Position numbers and translations under genes: made by a program. The notes beneath the pieces are model-generated. The model searched no databases, was not told the DNA's origin, and saw only the letters and a program-made list of their open reading frames with translations. From Folioceros fuciformis (lineage: Eukaryota): 64,000 nucleotides of DNA. Position 1 is the stretch's first letter; each line of letters opens with the position of its first letter. Shown here piece by piece: positions 37,170-50,800 of the stretch. Location: positions 407,049 through 471,048 of the forward strand of contig JBNGIO010006371.1 of the NCBI GenBank assembly GCA_049999805.1, given 5' to 3'.

Positions 37170-37950
37170 CTGCCCTCCTTGCACAACTGACTGGACCATA
37201 TGCTGCAACATCAGAACATCAGCGATTTCAGGCAAGTAAGTGACCGCAGGCAAAGGAAGTCTGTCGTATCAAGAGACGGCGGAACACCGAGTCCCGGTTT
37301 GTGACACAAACCTGAGCGTTGTGGTACAGTTCAAACAGGAGCTGCTGACACCGTCAAGTTGTTAGGCAGGAAGGATTTTGCCTTTCCGACAGCAGTACAA
37401 CCAAAAGCTTTTTGCACTCCTGCACGTCATCAAGCAGAGTGAGTTGCAGAATGGATGAGTCTAAATCTTGGAGAAAACAGGCGAAAGGTTGGCCTGTACC
37501 TGATGCTTGATGAAATGGAGAGGGCAATTTGGAACCAATGAGTGATACTCTTTTCACGGATCATCTTCACCAGGCTCCAGATGATCGCCAGGAAATTTGA
37601 ATGTGGTATTCCTAATTTGCAGCGTGTTCCCAATTCGAAGTACATAGGGATGGCTTTTAACATTCCTCCACTCCACGTCCTGACAATCCGTGTCCGTGCG
37701 CTGTCCAAAGTTGTTCATATATGACTCAAAGAAAGCGTCCCTTCCAATTGCCTCCACGCCAACCCCGAACGTCCATGGACTCACCAGCAAAACCCCATCC
37801 ACACTTGTCCACATGTCCTCCGTACTGTGGCTTCAAAGCACATCCAAGATTCTTATCTAACAGTAACCCTGCCTGGGCAGAGGGATTTCCTGGAACCAGA
37901 ACCGACAGCAGATACCTCGGATCACGGTACCTAAGTCTGACCATCTCTGT
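37170..37950 (-). pseudogene. Degenerate pre-mRNA cleavage factor Im 25 kDa (CFIm25/NUDT21) pseudogene
   Basis: Collinear fragments: MWTSVDGVLLV (family MRTSVEGILLV), HPYVL...LQIRNTTFKFPGDHLEPGEDD ([25 protein letters not shown]), CPLHFIK|ECKKLLVVLLSER, LFELYHNAQ|YGPV. Stops, frameshifts and retained introns. Confidence 0.75.
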
Positions 37951-38277
37951 CAGCATTATGAACCCAGTCTATTGCCAACTTCGTCATCACTGTGACAAAC
38001 ATAGTACCACAAACCGATGTCCTCTGCCTGCAAACCCCATTTCGCAGCATCGACCATAAAAAACACGACGAGCAGACGGAGGGAATCAGCATAGCGAAGA
38101 GAGAACAGTAGCTAAGTATCTAGACCATGAAAACATTTCATACTACTCAGAAGTTGGCAAATCAACATGCACATTTTGCTCCCTCTACCAGCACAAGGAA
38201 GGTGCCTGAGACACCCAATGGATAATAGAAGTTTGGCAGTTTTACACACCTGTACTCGCAAGAAATGACTTACGATC

Positions 38278-38677
38278 NNNNNNNNNNNNNNNNNNNNNNN
38301 NNNNNNNNNNNNNNNNNNNNNNNNNNNNNNNNNNNNNNNNNNNNNNNNNNNNNNNNNNNNNNNNNNNNNNNNNNNNNNNNNNNNNNNNNNNNNNNNNNNN
38401 NNNNNNNNNNNNNNNNNNNNNNNNNNNNNNNNNNNNNNNNNNNNNNNNNNNNNNNNNNNNNNNNNNNNNNNNNNNNNNNNNNNNNNNNNNNNNNNNNNNN
38501 NNNNNNNNNNNNNNNNNNNNNNNNNNNNNNNNNNNNNNNNNNNNNNNNNNNNNNNNNNNNNNNNNNNNNNNNNNNNNNNNNNNNNNNNNNNNNNNNNNNN
38601 NNNNNNNNNNNNNNNNNNNNNNNNNNNNNNNNNNNNNNNNNNNNNNNNNNNNNNNNNNNNNNNNNNNNNNNNNNNNN
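38278..38677. other. Assembly gap (400 N)
   Basis: Run of N; probably hides the HIRA stop codon. Confidence 1.
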
Positions 38678-41294
38678 AGCTTGCATCGCATGCACCTACT
38701 GGCCCCAAAAACTCCTCACACAGTTCTCGCAGACGACCTTCATCCAAATCCCTTGTCAGGCAGCGGACATAGGCAAGCAAACATTGGCGGTAGTCATCCG
38801 CTGCCTTCAGGGCCAACGCCGCCCCCATTTGAACCTCCAGGTTGGCCCGAGTCACAGACTTTTCATTGCCTGCAGCAGCACTCCACACAAACTTCTTCCA
38901 CAGGGATTTCTCATCCTGTGCGTGGATTGCCGCAAGCTCCCCATCTTTCCCATATCCCTTGCTAATGTAATCAGATGCTGGAAATGTATCATCGGCTATC
39001 CTTAACCAGCACTTCATGCCCACATGGTACATGAACGTATGCCGGTTTGCAAGCACCACCAACGGTACTCCTGCCTTGGATAATCTTGCTGAAACTACAC
39101 TCAAGGACTGGACGTCCTTGTTCACAGAGCTGCCAAAGTATGTCATGAACAAAGGTGCCAAAGACTCATGAAGGACACACGTTGCCTCCTTCACATCCCA
39201 CAGATGCACAGAGCCCTGACATGTAAGCAACAGCAAATTCCACCCTTCCCCACAGTCCATAAATGCCGCTGCTGAACCAACCATCATGCCTGGGAGAGCT
39301 CTCCTTCCTGCCTGCGTATAAATCTGCACTAGCCCACCTTCCAATGCAACAGCCCAGAAAACGGCATTCCCAGCCAAAGCTGTTGGCCTGCCCATCAATC
39401 GATCCTGCCACAGCACCTCACCTCCTCGTGAGCAGGTCACATGTGTTTCGTACGCATCAAATCCCCCAACTCCGTCTGCGTTGCCAAACCTCGCCACCCT
39501 CACTGGCTTGGCCTCCAGGCACACTGTCAATCCCAAACCCAAAATCGGTTGACCGATGATCGACAGAACACCGAGAGGGTTCTCTTCTGTAGGTACTTTG
39601 ATCAAGCCCTCTGGTAGACCACTAGGATTAGTAGATGCAAGTCTGGGATCCACCAGCATACCATTCGAAAAGCTTGTTCTAGTTGTAAAACCTTCCAAGG
39701 CAGCAACAGACAAGTTACCATTCATGGCATTTACGAATGCCCTTCTGGCATCCCCTACGTCTCCCGCTCCTAGCCTGCTGAACTTGCTTTGAAGCTCGGG
39801 TCCCTCCAGGGCCTCAGCACTTTCAAGCCCAGACGGCAGGCCTAGTGATTCTGGGATGATTCTCTTCCGCCCATCTGGCCGGCGGTACTCTGTCTGCCTC
39901 ACTATCGATGGGGGTTGCTGCTGAAGTTTAGCAGCGGAAGGTCTCGGATCTGCAATGGGATCTTGTTCACTGTAGGAAATCACCTCCCTAGCTTTTGGAG
40001 GTGAGGAAACAGCAGCTGGTACCACATGCCCGTTTGCTTCCTGAGAAGGCTGTGCCACCACCGGTTGCACTGGGGCCAGACCTCCCGGTGTCTTCCCTTC
40101 GAGAAGCAGCTGAGCAGGGCTTTCTGCCAGTGCCAGTTGCTTTACACGTACGTCACCATACACCTTCCTTTTAATTTCGTCCATCTCCTCATCGCCTATT
40201 CTGTGTCCTAACTCATTTACACTGAATTCAAGGGCTGCAACTGTCCCATCCAAAGAGCAGCAGAGTAGGGTGTATCCATCCGCACTCCAAGCTAAGTCCA
40301 CAACACTTTGGTCGAAGAAATGCTTTGCTACACACACGGGCCTTGGGGATGCTGTGCTCCACACTGACACACTGCAATCTCGACTTCCCATCGCTATAAC
40401 ATTGTAAGGTCTCTCCTTAGCAGAGTCCATCCTGGCCACACCATCTGCGTGCTCTGTGCCGTTGGGCAGAGGGGGCTTCTTGAACATGGCATGATTGAAC
40501 CGAACAGCAATAACAGGAGCATTGTGACCTACAAAGTGAAGACAAGCAGCCCACTCTGCTCGCTTCAGCACTGGGGCCGTGTGGCTAGGCTTTTGGAAGC
40601 CATTGGTGGTGGTAAGGTGATGGCCACACGGTGACCAATCAAGCCTCATAAAGAACGTAGACCCTACAGCCTTCTCCCAGGACCCTTCGGCCCTGTGAGC
40701 CACTGTCCAGCTGCTCGTCCGCCATACAATAACACACCTGTCGTCCGACTGACTGGCCAAGAAAGATCCAATTGGATCCCAAGCCACACCTTTCACCAAA
40801 CTCCCATGGTCTTTCAACACCGCCACCGGTGTCCCGGTGCTAGTGTCCCACACTCGCACCGTGTTATCCAAACTGCAGCTGGCAAGCAAGGAGTCATCCG
40901 GAGACCACTGCAAATCCACCACATCAGACGTGTGCCCCCGGAACGTCATAACAACTTTCCAGTTCTCAACATCCGGGGGCTCCCCGCTCCCAAATTCTGC
41001 AGTCACAGTGCCAGCCCTCCGCTCGTGGATGATAACATTGTGGTCATCGGACCCGGACGCCAAAAATCGCCCGGACTTGGCCCACCGGACGCAATTGACG
41101 GACCCAAAGTGATCGTGCAAAGTAGCAAGCAGCTTAGGTTCATCATTCAACAAACTTGTCAGCTTCTTCATGCTCCATATCCGGACCTTATGATCGCCTC
41201 CCGCTGTGGCAACGCGAGGCCCCGTTGGCTGGATATCCAAAGAGAAAATCTGAAGCCCCGCATGTCGTATCCAGTGAGGCTTCTCCAGGTACAT
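38678..41294 (-). CDS. HIRA: Histone H3.3 chaperone HIRA (3' end in gap), intronless over the visible part
   Basis: MYLEKPHWIRHAGLQIFSLDIQPTGPRVATAGGDHKVRIW and WD40 repeats; B-motif QTEYRRPDGRKRIIP; C-terminal Hira domain CWLRIADD...YRQCLLAYVRCL...RLRELCEEFLGP. Confidence 0.96.
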
Positions 41295-42059
41295 TGTGGC
41301 CGAGCACTCGCTAAACCTCCTCAACAGCTTGGCCTCTCCGGCCACTACGCCGGCGCTAACCGAAGAAGTGGCATCAACAGCTTTTTATGGTTTACATACG
41401 TGGTTTAGAGCTCGACATCCCTAGCCTCGTGGTCTCCTCATTAATTCCGATCTGCTCTTCTTGCCTTTCCCAGCCAAGACTATGCTGCGAGTTAGGGCTT
41501 CCAGGCACAGGACCAGGACCAGAACATCGGTCTTCGATGCCTTCGTCGTCAGGCACTACGTGCTAAACTCGGCCACCACAGGCATTCGTCAACCGTTGAT
41601 GAAGTTGTTAGAAAATGGCAGATTCTGATATAAAAATAATTATTAAAACAAGCAAGTCACACTAAGCATTTGTACATACACACATATAGCCGCAAGGCGC
41701 CACATGCCTGGATAGATGAGTGTGATCACAACCTTATGCCAATCTTTGACCACAATTATCGTACATGATTTTAGCATCTATTATTCAAAAAAAGTAACCG
41801 CAATACAAGTTGTTAAGTATCAAGTTCCATAATGAAAATCCACCCTTAGGGAACTCTAATAGAATTCTTTGTCTTCTTAGCCAGGGTTTTTTGGGGTCTG
41901 TTTGAATGCAACAGTTCAATTCGCTAATTTCTCGATTAGAGTCGTAGGAGCGGTTAATTTTTGTTATACCCTTCGTGTATGTCATTTCTCTCTGCCCATT
42001 TCCCGCTGGGTGTCGCTGGTATTCGGGTGTCGTAGCAATGTACACCAGTTAGATCTGGC

Positions 42060-42816
42060 CTTGCACGATGGGAACAGTGTTCTGCACGTTGGGAGTCTAC
42101 CAGTAAGGATTTCAGACCATAGTGGAGCAGGAGAAGGTTTTTGGTGCCAATTGTTGTTCTCTTAGACTGAGGGCCTTTCCTGTGCTTCAGGTGTGGGTTC
42201 TTCGTCCGGAAAGGATTCGAGTTATGTCTATGAGAATTGGGAATTGGTGACGGAAGGAAGGGGAGGCCAGACTGCAGTCTCCGTCGCCTCCCAGCAGTAT
42301 TGGCATAGGCAGCTATCCTGATCACTCGGGAAGTGGTGTGCTTCTGAGAGCTAGGGCATAAGACGGATGCGCTGAAGCCCACATCTGTCTGTATGTATGC
42401 AGAGGAGAACAGGCTTCGTGACCGGAGCCATTGTTGCAACAGGTTCAGTCTTGTCCCCAACGATGGAACGAATGTTGCTGTACTCGTGGTCTGAAGAGTT
42501 GGGGAGAAGGGAGGGGAGGAGAGGGCACAGCTGGGTATACTACAACACTCGCCACGGAAGAGTATGTCCTTGGGCACTGTGGGAAGGGAAGCTCCAAACT
42601 GAATGTTCGGGCATAGTGAGTGCATGGCAGCTGTCTGAAGTCCTGATTTCGTGGGATGCAATGCCCTGGTGCTGCGATACGCTCCTAAGGGACGAGGGCG
42701 AGAATGCAGTTGTCTTTGACTTGTCCGATAGGATCCAGCCAGAGGAGGGTGTACAGCCAGGCCCCACAACTCTTCTCCGAATCCGGAAGCCATCGTCAAG
42801 CGATCTCGAATGCTGA
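42060..42816 (+). pseudogene. Possible F-box-associated domain remnant
   Basis: VLQVWVL, WELV, WVYYNTRHG and VFDLSDRI loosely parallel the C-terminus of the F-box gene at 21536 (CYNTELGTW...AFDLSSR). No F-box is seen and the frames are broken. Confidence 0.3.
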
Positions 42817-44760
42817 AATCCCTCGCATCCACTATGTTGACGCAAAAAATCTCCTCCCCCAAGACTAAAGTTACCAGTTATACTCAGTACATACCTTGCT
42901 ATCCAAGCAAACAGACCGGCCTGTCATCAGCCTGGCGACGCATGGATCCTCCAAAGTGAGCGCTACTGGTATCTACCATGTAACGACCCCAACTAACCAA
43001 CAACGTGTAAAGTATGTAACAGTGAAAGACTGCTGGAGGCGGTGGACGAGTGTATTTGATACGAAGCAGGGAGTCTGCGGAGGCCAGATGCGTGTCGTGG
43101 ACAAGGCACAGGCTGGGTCTGACAAAGCCATCTGTCCAGGGCGGAAGAGACGAGCGCAGGCGGGGCCAGGGGCCAGGGGCCAGCGGATGCGCACGCGCGA
43201 CTGCCTGGAAGGCCCTGGACCTGACACGGACGCGCTACATATATATATGAACATTTGTAATTAGGGTTTCCGATTGCCGGACTTTCCACAACAATGCAAC
43301 GAAGCAAGGCAAGCAAGTGAAGTGAAGGCTTCCAAGGAAACCAAAGGCAGCATCCGATGTCGTGACGCTTCCGGGGTCCGGCACCGGCAGGCCCAGCCTC
43401 GGCCACCAATTCGCCTGCACCACCTCGCTGGCTGCGACCACTCCCCCGCCGCCTGCCACTGCAAATATCCCCCACGGACCGGCCTGGCCTCCGGCGGGAC
43501 CGGTACAGGGTACGTGGTAGCTGTCTTTTGGTCCTGGCTGGTGCCTTCGTCCGCTCATCAGCTCCACACATCCTCCGCCCCGTGTCCCAGTACATTTTGT
43601 GCGCTTCTTCCTCGGCTCGCTTCCCATCTCCTCCCCTGCCACTGGTGGGCGTCCATTGGCAGTTGCATCCTACTCCGCGCCTGGCCCCCCTGCCCTCTGA
43701 CAGGATAACAGTATAAACTGCCCCCGGTTAATTCCGTTGCTTTTATCCGCTCGTCGCCTCCTCCCATCGGCATCGTCCCCTTCGCCATGCAGTCCCATCA
43801 TCACGATTCCCACTCCCGCAAACCGCGGCCCGCACTGCCAGCCGCGCATCGCGCTCTCTCCGGCTCCTCCCTCCTAAGTCACACACATACTGTATTGTAT
43901 GTACGTGTATGTACCACGCCAATGCCAAAAGGAATGGAAGATGGAGTGAAAGGTCCCTGGCCCCGGCCCCGGCCTTGGTGCTGTTTGTTTGGATGAACTA
44001 TGTGAACAAGTTGTGCACGAGGTAGATATGACATGCTATTACTTGCTGTTGCGGAGGAGATGGTGAACACAAGTGGAGGCAATCGGGCTGTAGCCACATG
44101 ATTGGGAAGGCACGACATGCCTTGACTAGATTGTGAAGTGGCGGAGTGTGGAGCGTGGGTAGGTAGGTGGTAGAGGACATGCTTATGTGTGAAGCTGGTG
44201 AGGGCGAGGGCGAGGGTCAAGGCAGATGCCGCGGCGGTGTTGGTGGAGGAGGATTGCGGGAACAGGACACCGGATGGAAGTAAAATCCGGGAAGCCGATA
44301 CTGTAGGCGAAGCGAGTGGCCATGTGCTCCGCTTTTGGGCAGAAGAGGACAAGGGTGAGTGCTGGATCTGAGGCCCCACGGTCGGCGCCCGAGGAAGGTG
44401 CGGCGTAGTTGCGGTCGTACAACACCTGGCGTCCAGAGCACATACAGTGGCCCGCTCCGCCTCAGGCTTCACAAACATGAAAAAACAGCCACATCTGCTC
44501 TGGCGCGGGGCACTGCATAACTGTCGGGCGCCTTCCAGCTGCACACACACATACACAATACGCACACAGACAGACAGCCAGACAGGCAGACGGAAGTATG
44601 TATGTATTGTACTACTCCGCTTCATGAGGAGGGGGTGCGGGCACGGATCAAACAGCTAGCTCATCATTCGCAGTCGCATTCGCTGAGCACCTGCCGGACG
44701 AGCTCCGGCTCGCCAAGCCCGACTCTGCGCTGCGCGCGCTGCTGAATTGGCGGCTGTTTT

Positions 44761-45360
44761 ATGATCGGATTGTCCCTCTTCGATGTGCTCCTCAATCCGA
44801 GTAGACGTGAGGTGTCGGAGGACTTTGCGGGAGATCACGCGGCGCTCATAGGGAGGGGCGAGAGGGAGGGAAGGGAGGAAAGGGAGGCAAGAGAGGAACC
44901 GGGACCGGGATCGGGAGCGCGGCAGGCCAGCCTCAGCAAGCTTTTCGGCAAAGTGGCCGCCTCCTACAAGATGTCGACGAGGAAGATCTCAAGGATCGTG
45001 AAAAAGTGGCAGAAAGCCAGCAAGCCGCAGCGCTCCTACTCTAATCTGGATGCGGAGGCCGCGGCGCAGGAGGCCATGGCCAGCAGGCACATTCCGGAGG
45101 GATGCGTGGAGATTTTTGTCGGCAGGGAGAAGCGGAGGTATGTCATCAGTTCGGAGTACCTGGAGCGGGAGGTGATCAAGCGCTTGATTGAAAAGTCGAA
45201 GCAGACGGAGGGATGCGATGAAAAGGACACGGAGCGGATATCTGTTGCGTGCGAGGTTGTCCTGTTTGAGCATCTGCTGTGGCTGCTCAAGAACGCGGAC
45301 GAGGTAGGGAGCTGGTATGATCCGGAGGCGGATGAGCTTGCGGATTTCTACGCTTATTAG
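44761..45360 (+). CDS. SAUR: SAUR family protein with N-terminal extension
   Basis: IPEGCVEIFVGREKRRYVISSEYL...ISVACEVVLFEHLLWLL...DELADFYAY*. An alternative start is at ATG 44971. Confidence 0.92.
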   Translation: MIGLSLFDVLLNPSRREVSEDFAGDHAALIGRGEREGREEREAREEPGPGSGARQASLSKLFGKVAASYKMSTRKISRIVKKWQKASKPQRSYSNLDAEAAAQEAMASRHIPEGCVEIFVGREKRRYVISSEYLEREVIKRLIEKSKQTEGCDEKDTERISVACEVVLFEHLLWLLKNADEVGSWYDPEADELADFYAY

Positions 45361-47850
45361 GTAGAGTTGAGTGCCTGCCCGGTGCCTGATGTTAGTTGCG
45401 GCATTTGGCGAAGCTCAAGCTTGGTGCCGGGAGGTGGAGGCCAGGGGGGTTTGTAATTATCTGTCTCGGCTCTCGTCTTTGATTCTCTCCCGCGGGCTGG
45501 TTCAGCCGATGTCACGGTAGAGGTTGATTTGAGAGCGGGATCGTGCTCTAGTACTAGCTGGTGGAGCCGGGGCTGCGGCTGAACCGTAGTTTGTTTGAGG
45601 TAGTAGGAAGAAGAACCGGAGTTTCCTGCTGTCAACAATCAGACACGTAGATTGCCTCAGGGGAAGTCTTGTAATACGAGACGCGGATGCGAGGAGGCGC
45701 ACTTTTGCACCTGAGAAGCATAGACACCTCCAAGTTGGCTGTCGTGTCTGCACATAGCTAGTTTCTCCGGATAGTTCGATTGGAAGGGGGATGGTATAGT
45801 ACTCTAGGGACCAGAGGACTTACAGTTATGTGGTTCCTTTGAGGTAATAGGAAGAAGAGCCTTCTCTACGAGCCAGAAGCATAGCACAACTTTCCTTTCT
45901 GTACATAGAACTGCGTAAGCTATTGCCTGGCGGTAGTACTTGTGGCGGTTACTTCCAGGGCATGACGTCAAAGTCATATTGCAGCGATTCTTTTTGTTTT
46001 GCAGCAGGGCGCAAAACATATAGGCATGACCTTCAATGACCCGGGTGTAAGCTTTTCATCTACTAAACTCTGCCCTTCAAGTCAGGCCTGAAGAAGGGCA
46101 GCAATACCTATGTTCGTGTTAAAGCCCGGCCATACAAAAAGTCCGCACGTTCTGGATAGAACTGTTTGCGACTCGGAGCTTCCGAGTGCCTGTCACAAAC
46201 ATAGGCAGGCGTCCGTTCATGCAGGACTTTGCATGTGTCTCGTTTTCCTCTAGAATCTCTCTTCACGACGGGCCCGAGCTTCAATGCCACAAAGAGCCAC
46301 TTGCGGCACTGGCAAATGCAGGTTCTGACAATGGAATCCATGAGGCTTTGTTCTTTTGTGGATTCGAACCAGCATTCATGTCTGATATGCGTACACAACT
46401 GGAGCCTAGCAGATGAGTTGTGGTTCATGATAAGGCGGTTTCACCCTACACTTCCATCACGAAAAAGCCAGCTCATGAGCTTCATCTCCGACCCATCCCA
46501 GCCCAGACTTCGAGTAGCCTGATCATTCAGCCCATACATACCATTCCAAAGCTCCACCTACTAGCGTTAAAAGAAGTCCAGGTATCTAGTACTACCCGCA
46601 AGTCTCAATTACTTCTGATGCTTGCAACCACTAGACGCTCCCGTACTTTCTTGTGGTAAAGTAGTAGTTGTTGTGAAACCAAAATACCTACCAGCCTCTA
46701 TGACGTCGAAGCACAAGTCTTCCCTGCTTGAATCAAAGGTCTGATGCAGGAATCTAGGTACGGTGATGCCTTCTTCTAGCGAATGATGATCAGCCTGGAG
46801 AACATATTCAAGGCCTTGTGCTCCAGCCAAATGGGACATTCAAATGTCACACGTTTACGGAGATGCCTCAGCACTCCAGTTCTGGGAAGAAGGGCTTGAA
46901 GTTTCCTCCAAATAAATATGTGCAAAGGTCCAGTCACATTGGATTGAACAAGTCTGTCAAACAATATCCGAGATTCTCCAAGCAGCTTGCTGCCGTAGCT
47001 TGCGTACGTTGTCCTTCAAGCGATTGCAGACAAGCAGACCAAGCTCAGCCCTACAAGACGCCAGGATGCCCCTGCCCAGCCCAATCCTTCCGCATAGACT
47101 TGTCTCAAGTGCTGCAATAACAAATCCTCACCACGATTCAGAGAAAAAAGAGACCTGAAGATCGCCTCCTCAAGTGTCGCATCTGGTCTGGCAAGCACTG
47201 CCAGCTAAAAAACGAGAGAAACGTCCTTCTCGACGGCACACTTCGTCATGACCGTATAAAGAAGACATGCGAGAAAATGCAATCTAGTATGTCCGTGCAC
47301 CAACAAGCTGTACAACGCTTTGGACAACATGCCGTAGGAGTCGACGGTTTGGACGGGCGAGAATAATGGTCATTGAAGGTGGACATGTGCCACCATTTGT
47401 CTTGCACAAGTGTTCCAATGCGACCATTCAACTTGGAGAAACAGGGAACGTATCTGCAGCGGGTTAGTTAGTTGACAGAGCATCCCCGTTGAAAGAAGTT
47501 GTTTCTTGCCACGACTTTGCGGCTTCCACCAGTCCAAGTCACCAACGTTGGCCAGTCAACAACTTGTGCTCTAGGTGTGTCACAAACAGGTGGTAAAAAA
47601 GACCTGGTCTTAGTAGTGTGCAGAACCTGCTCGCTGTGTTCACGATCGTTATGTTTCAGGGCATCGGAGAGGATGGCGGACCCCAGGATGGCAGGCCCTG
47701 CACGAAGAAGACCGGGGCACGTTCTTCTGGAACTAGTGGAGGCCGTGAGCGAGGGAAGAGGAGGCCATCTCCGGCGTTGCAGCGTCGCGTCGTATACCAC
47801 GGATTCATTCCCTGTGGCATTCCCATTCGACAGCCCCAATCTAAAGCATA

Positions 47851-50800
47851 TCAGTTCAAGGACTCCGCAAACTGGGGTTTAGACAAATCCAAGTTCTGCG
47901 TGACGACGCAAGACATGAACCAGTCCACGGCGAAAACAAAGACTCCCTTTCGAGCCAACTCTAGAGCTTCCACAGTGTGTTCCTCGCTTGCCAGCATGAT
48001 GCATTTCGATAGCTCGTGTAACGCGTGGACTTCTTGGGCTCTTAGCAGCACCTGCATGCCAAAGATGAATGTCACTTGCGTGCAGGCGTCTTGTTTCAAA
48101 GACGACGGGTGGTGAAAGAGGATCTTACCTTGCCGCCAGCTGCTATGATCAGCTGGGAAACAGCATCGAAGTTGAGGCTAGTGCTTGGCGCGGGGTATAC
48201 GGAAAAGCCCTGGAGCAAGGCATTCGGCCGATTTCTTGCTCTCAGAACGGCCTCCTGAAGAGTGGATCCGTATCTCATCGAGAAGGCCGTGTCATGCAAG
48301 ACGTAGGACGTAGGATCTGCAGATAAAGTTGGTGTGACTGCCAAGGACTGTTACTGTTTGCAAGCGCAAACACTGGGAAGGTCAGGCAAGGTCTTACCCA
48401 CAAAATGGTTTTGCCTCGCACTGTCTTTCAGCCAATCTGAGGATACAACCCAAGCTCTGCGCATCAACGACCCGAAGCAGCAAGAAACGTGAGAGATGAG
48501 TACGAAAACGTCTCCAAACGATGACTCACTGTTTTTTTTGTTTATCAGTACTTACCCGGAGCAAAGAGCTGTACAGAAATTAAGGGTTGTCCTCACTTCG
48601 CCGGTCACAATATGGGTGCACTCGATCCCTTTACAGGAAACCTTCCCACCTAAATTCTCCACAAGCTTTTGTGGTGGAAGTGTAAATAATCAGTCCACAA
48701 AGCTTTTCGAGTTTTGCAATGCCAGAAACCAAACTCAGACGAATAAGGACAGCGACATACCTTAGTCAGCTGTTTTCTCCTGGTCTCACTAGCCATATTC
48801 ATGAACATCACAACATGATCCCCTCGTCTGGAAACGTCACCGATGCTTGTTGCGAGCATATCTTCAGTGGCAATCAGCTCGGTGTTCTCCCAGATGCTGT
48901 TCACTGACATCCCATCTTCATTCTGGGGTTTGCTTACAGTCTGAAGGTCCAATCTCTCAACATCCTTCGCGGACGTATTGACTTGTACAGCACTTGGCTC
49001 TGCTTGTGGTGCGTCTTGCTTTCCACCATGATCTGAATGAGCATGGCCATCTTGTGAACTCCCCATTGCCCCAGCAGCAAAGTCATCTGGACTTATGGCT
49101 ATTGAAGAAGTTACTGTGTCACGGGTGGGATCACCTGCCACAGAACCTGGGTTACGTTCTTGAGTAATATGGTCAAGATCAGACCCACCAGCAGGGGGTC
49201 TTCCAAGATCCCACCAATCTGCTGTAATCAATGGACGTGCCTGAGCCATTGACAGGTCCTTTCCCACACCGGGAAAAGCTTCGGAAGGCCCACTCTCAGG
49301 CACACCATCGCTCGTAGTTCCCATGTTGAAACGTGTTACATCTCCATCCATGTCTGGCAAGTGGCTTGAGCATTGTGACTTTTGTCGTACCACTTCCGTA
49401 GGAGCTGGCATGAGGACACACTTTTCTCTACCTGCATCATCTACACGGCGTCGAGGCTTCTTGGCTCTGGTTTGTGTTCTCGTTTCTTCACATACAGATG
49501 TCACACTTGAGATATCCAAATCTCGTACTACTGCATTCGAAGTACCAGTTCTCCTTTTATATTTTTTATCAACTCTTCTTGTTCGCTTGAGGCCAGGCTT
49601 CTCAGGTCCATCAGGCAGATTCTTTCGACATAATTCTGCACAAAATGAACCACAGTTAGATGACACAAGCTGACAGGAACGCACGCATTGCTAAGTCGAG
49701 TGCCAACTCGGACGATGACGTGCGAAACTTACCGGAATCATTGTGTCGCTGACACTCGGCTTCAGACAAGCTTGAAGCAACAGTACATAACGCCGCAAGA
49801 TAGTTATTCCCGCAATTCCCCGACTGTGGCATCAGATTAGTTAGATCTTTGAGGAAAGGGCTTCTCCCAGAAGCATCAGGCTGTGACACTTCCTTTTGCT
49901 TAGCGTTTCTTCGAGTAGCATCCTCGCCGTCTGCGCAAGTCATGCTGCTAGCCACTCTTGCAAGGGCTCCAGCTATGTTCAATGGCAGCAAGTTAGAACT
50001 TCCAGCCTTCCTCGGTACGAGAGACACCTTCCTGGTTTCAGTAGGACCTGACGGGGTAGCTGCAATGGCAGCCTTCGAATCTCCCAGCTCTGGGGTGGCT
50101 ATGGAGAACATAGGGGAACCTCTGATTGCTGTTTGGCAACAAGGAGGAGCCTCTACCAGGGGAGATAATTTGGAACCTAAGGCGTCTGCAGAACGGTGAG
50201 ACAAATTCTTCTCACTTGTAACGCCGCCAAGATGACATATCATGAGTGTAGCACTTCCTGGCAAGCTCATTGCCCTTCGGACGTCAGCCTTCATACGGAA
50301 CTTGTGCGGCCTCCCACGCCCATCAGATTCCGCAATTTTTGCAAAGCCCTGCAGAAATGCATAATGGGTCACCTTTTACGAAATAGAAACCAACACTTTA
50401 GTGCGACAATTAAAAGATTCAACTACCTGTTTAACCCAGAAAGCTTCAGATTCGTCATCTCCCCAACAGAAAGCTGTCAACACGCCAACATTTTCTAGCC
50501 TTTCCAGTAACTCCTTGCACAACGAGGCACCGAAACCCTGGGTCCACATCAGGCCAGACACTTCATATGATGCATTTCAGTGATGCAAATGGCATGTGAG
50601 TTTCATGATGTAGAACAGAAAATTAGAGTTCATGTACCTTTCTCTGTTGACATCGACGCACTGCTGCCAGAGGTATTTCTGCATATTGTGTGTCAGCGGG
50701 TATAATCTGGTAAGTGATAGCTGCGACCACCTGCACACAAGCCCGTTGCACCTGTGAGTGACAACTATGTAGGACAGAAATGACATCAACACTTTGAGGC

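Noticed and set aside
38112..38677. 1077-aa HIRA ORF end and other X-rich ORFs
   Set aside because: Artefacts of translating through N gaps. The residues after the gap are not HIRA-like.
41954..42862. 302-aa minus-strand ORF
   Set aside because: TTG start and no domain. The plus strand has the more plausible F-box-associated remnant.
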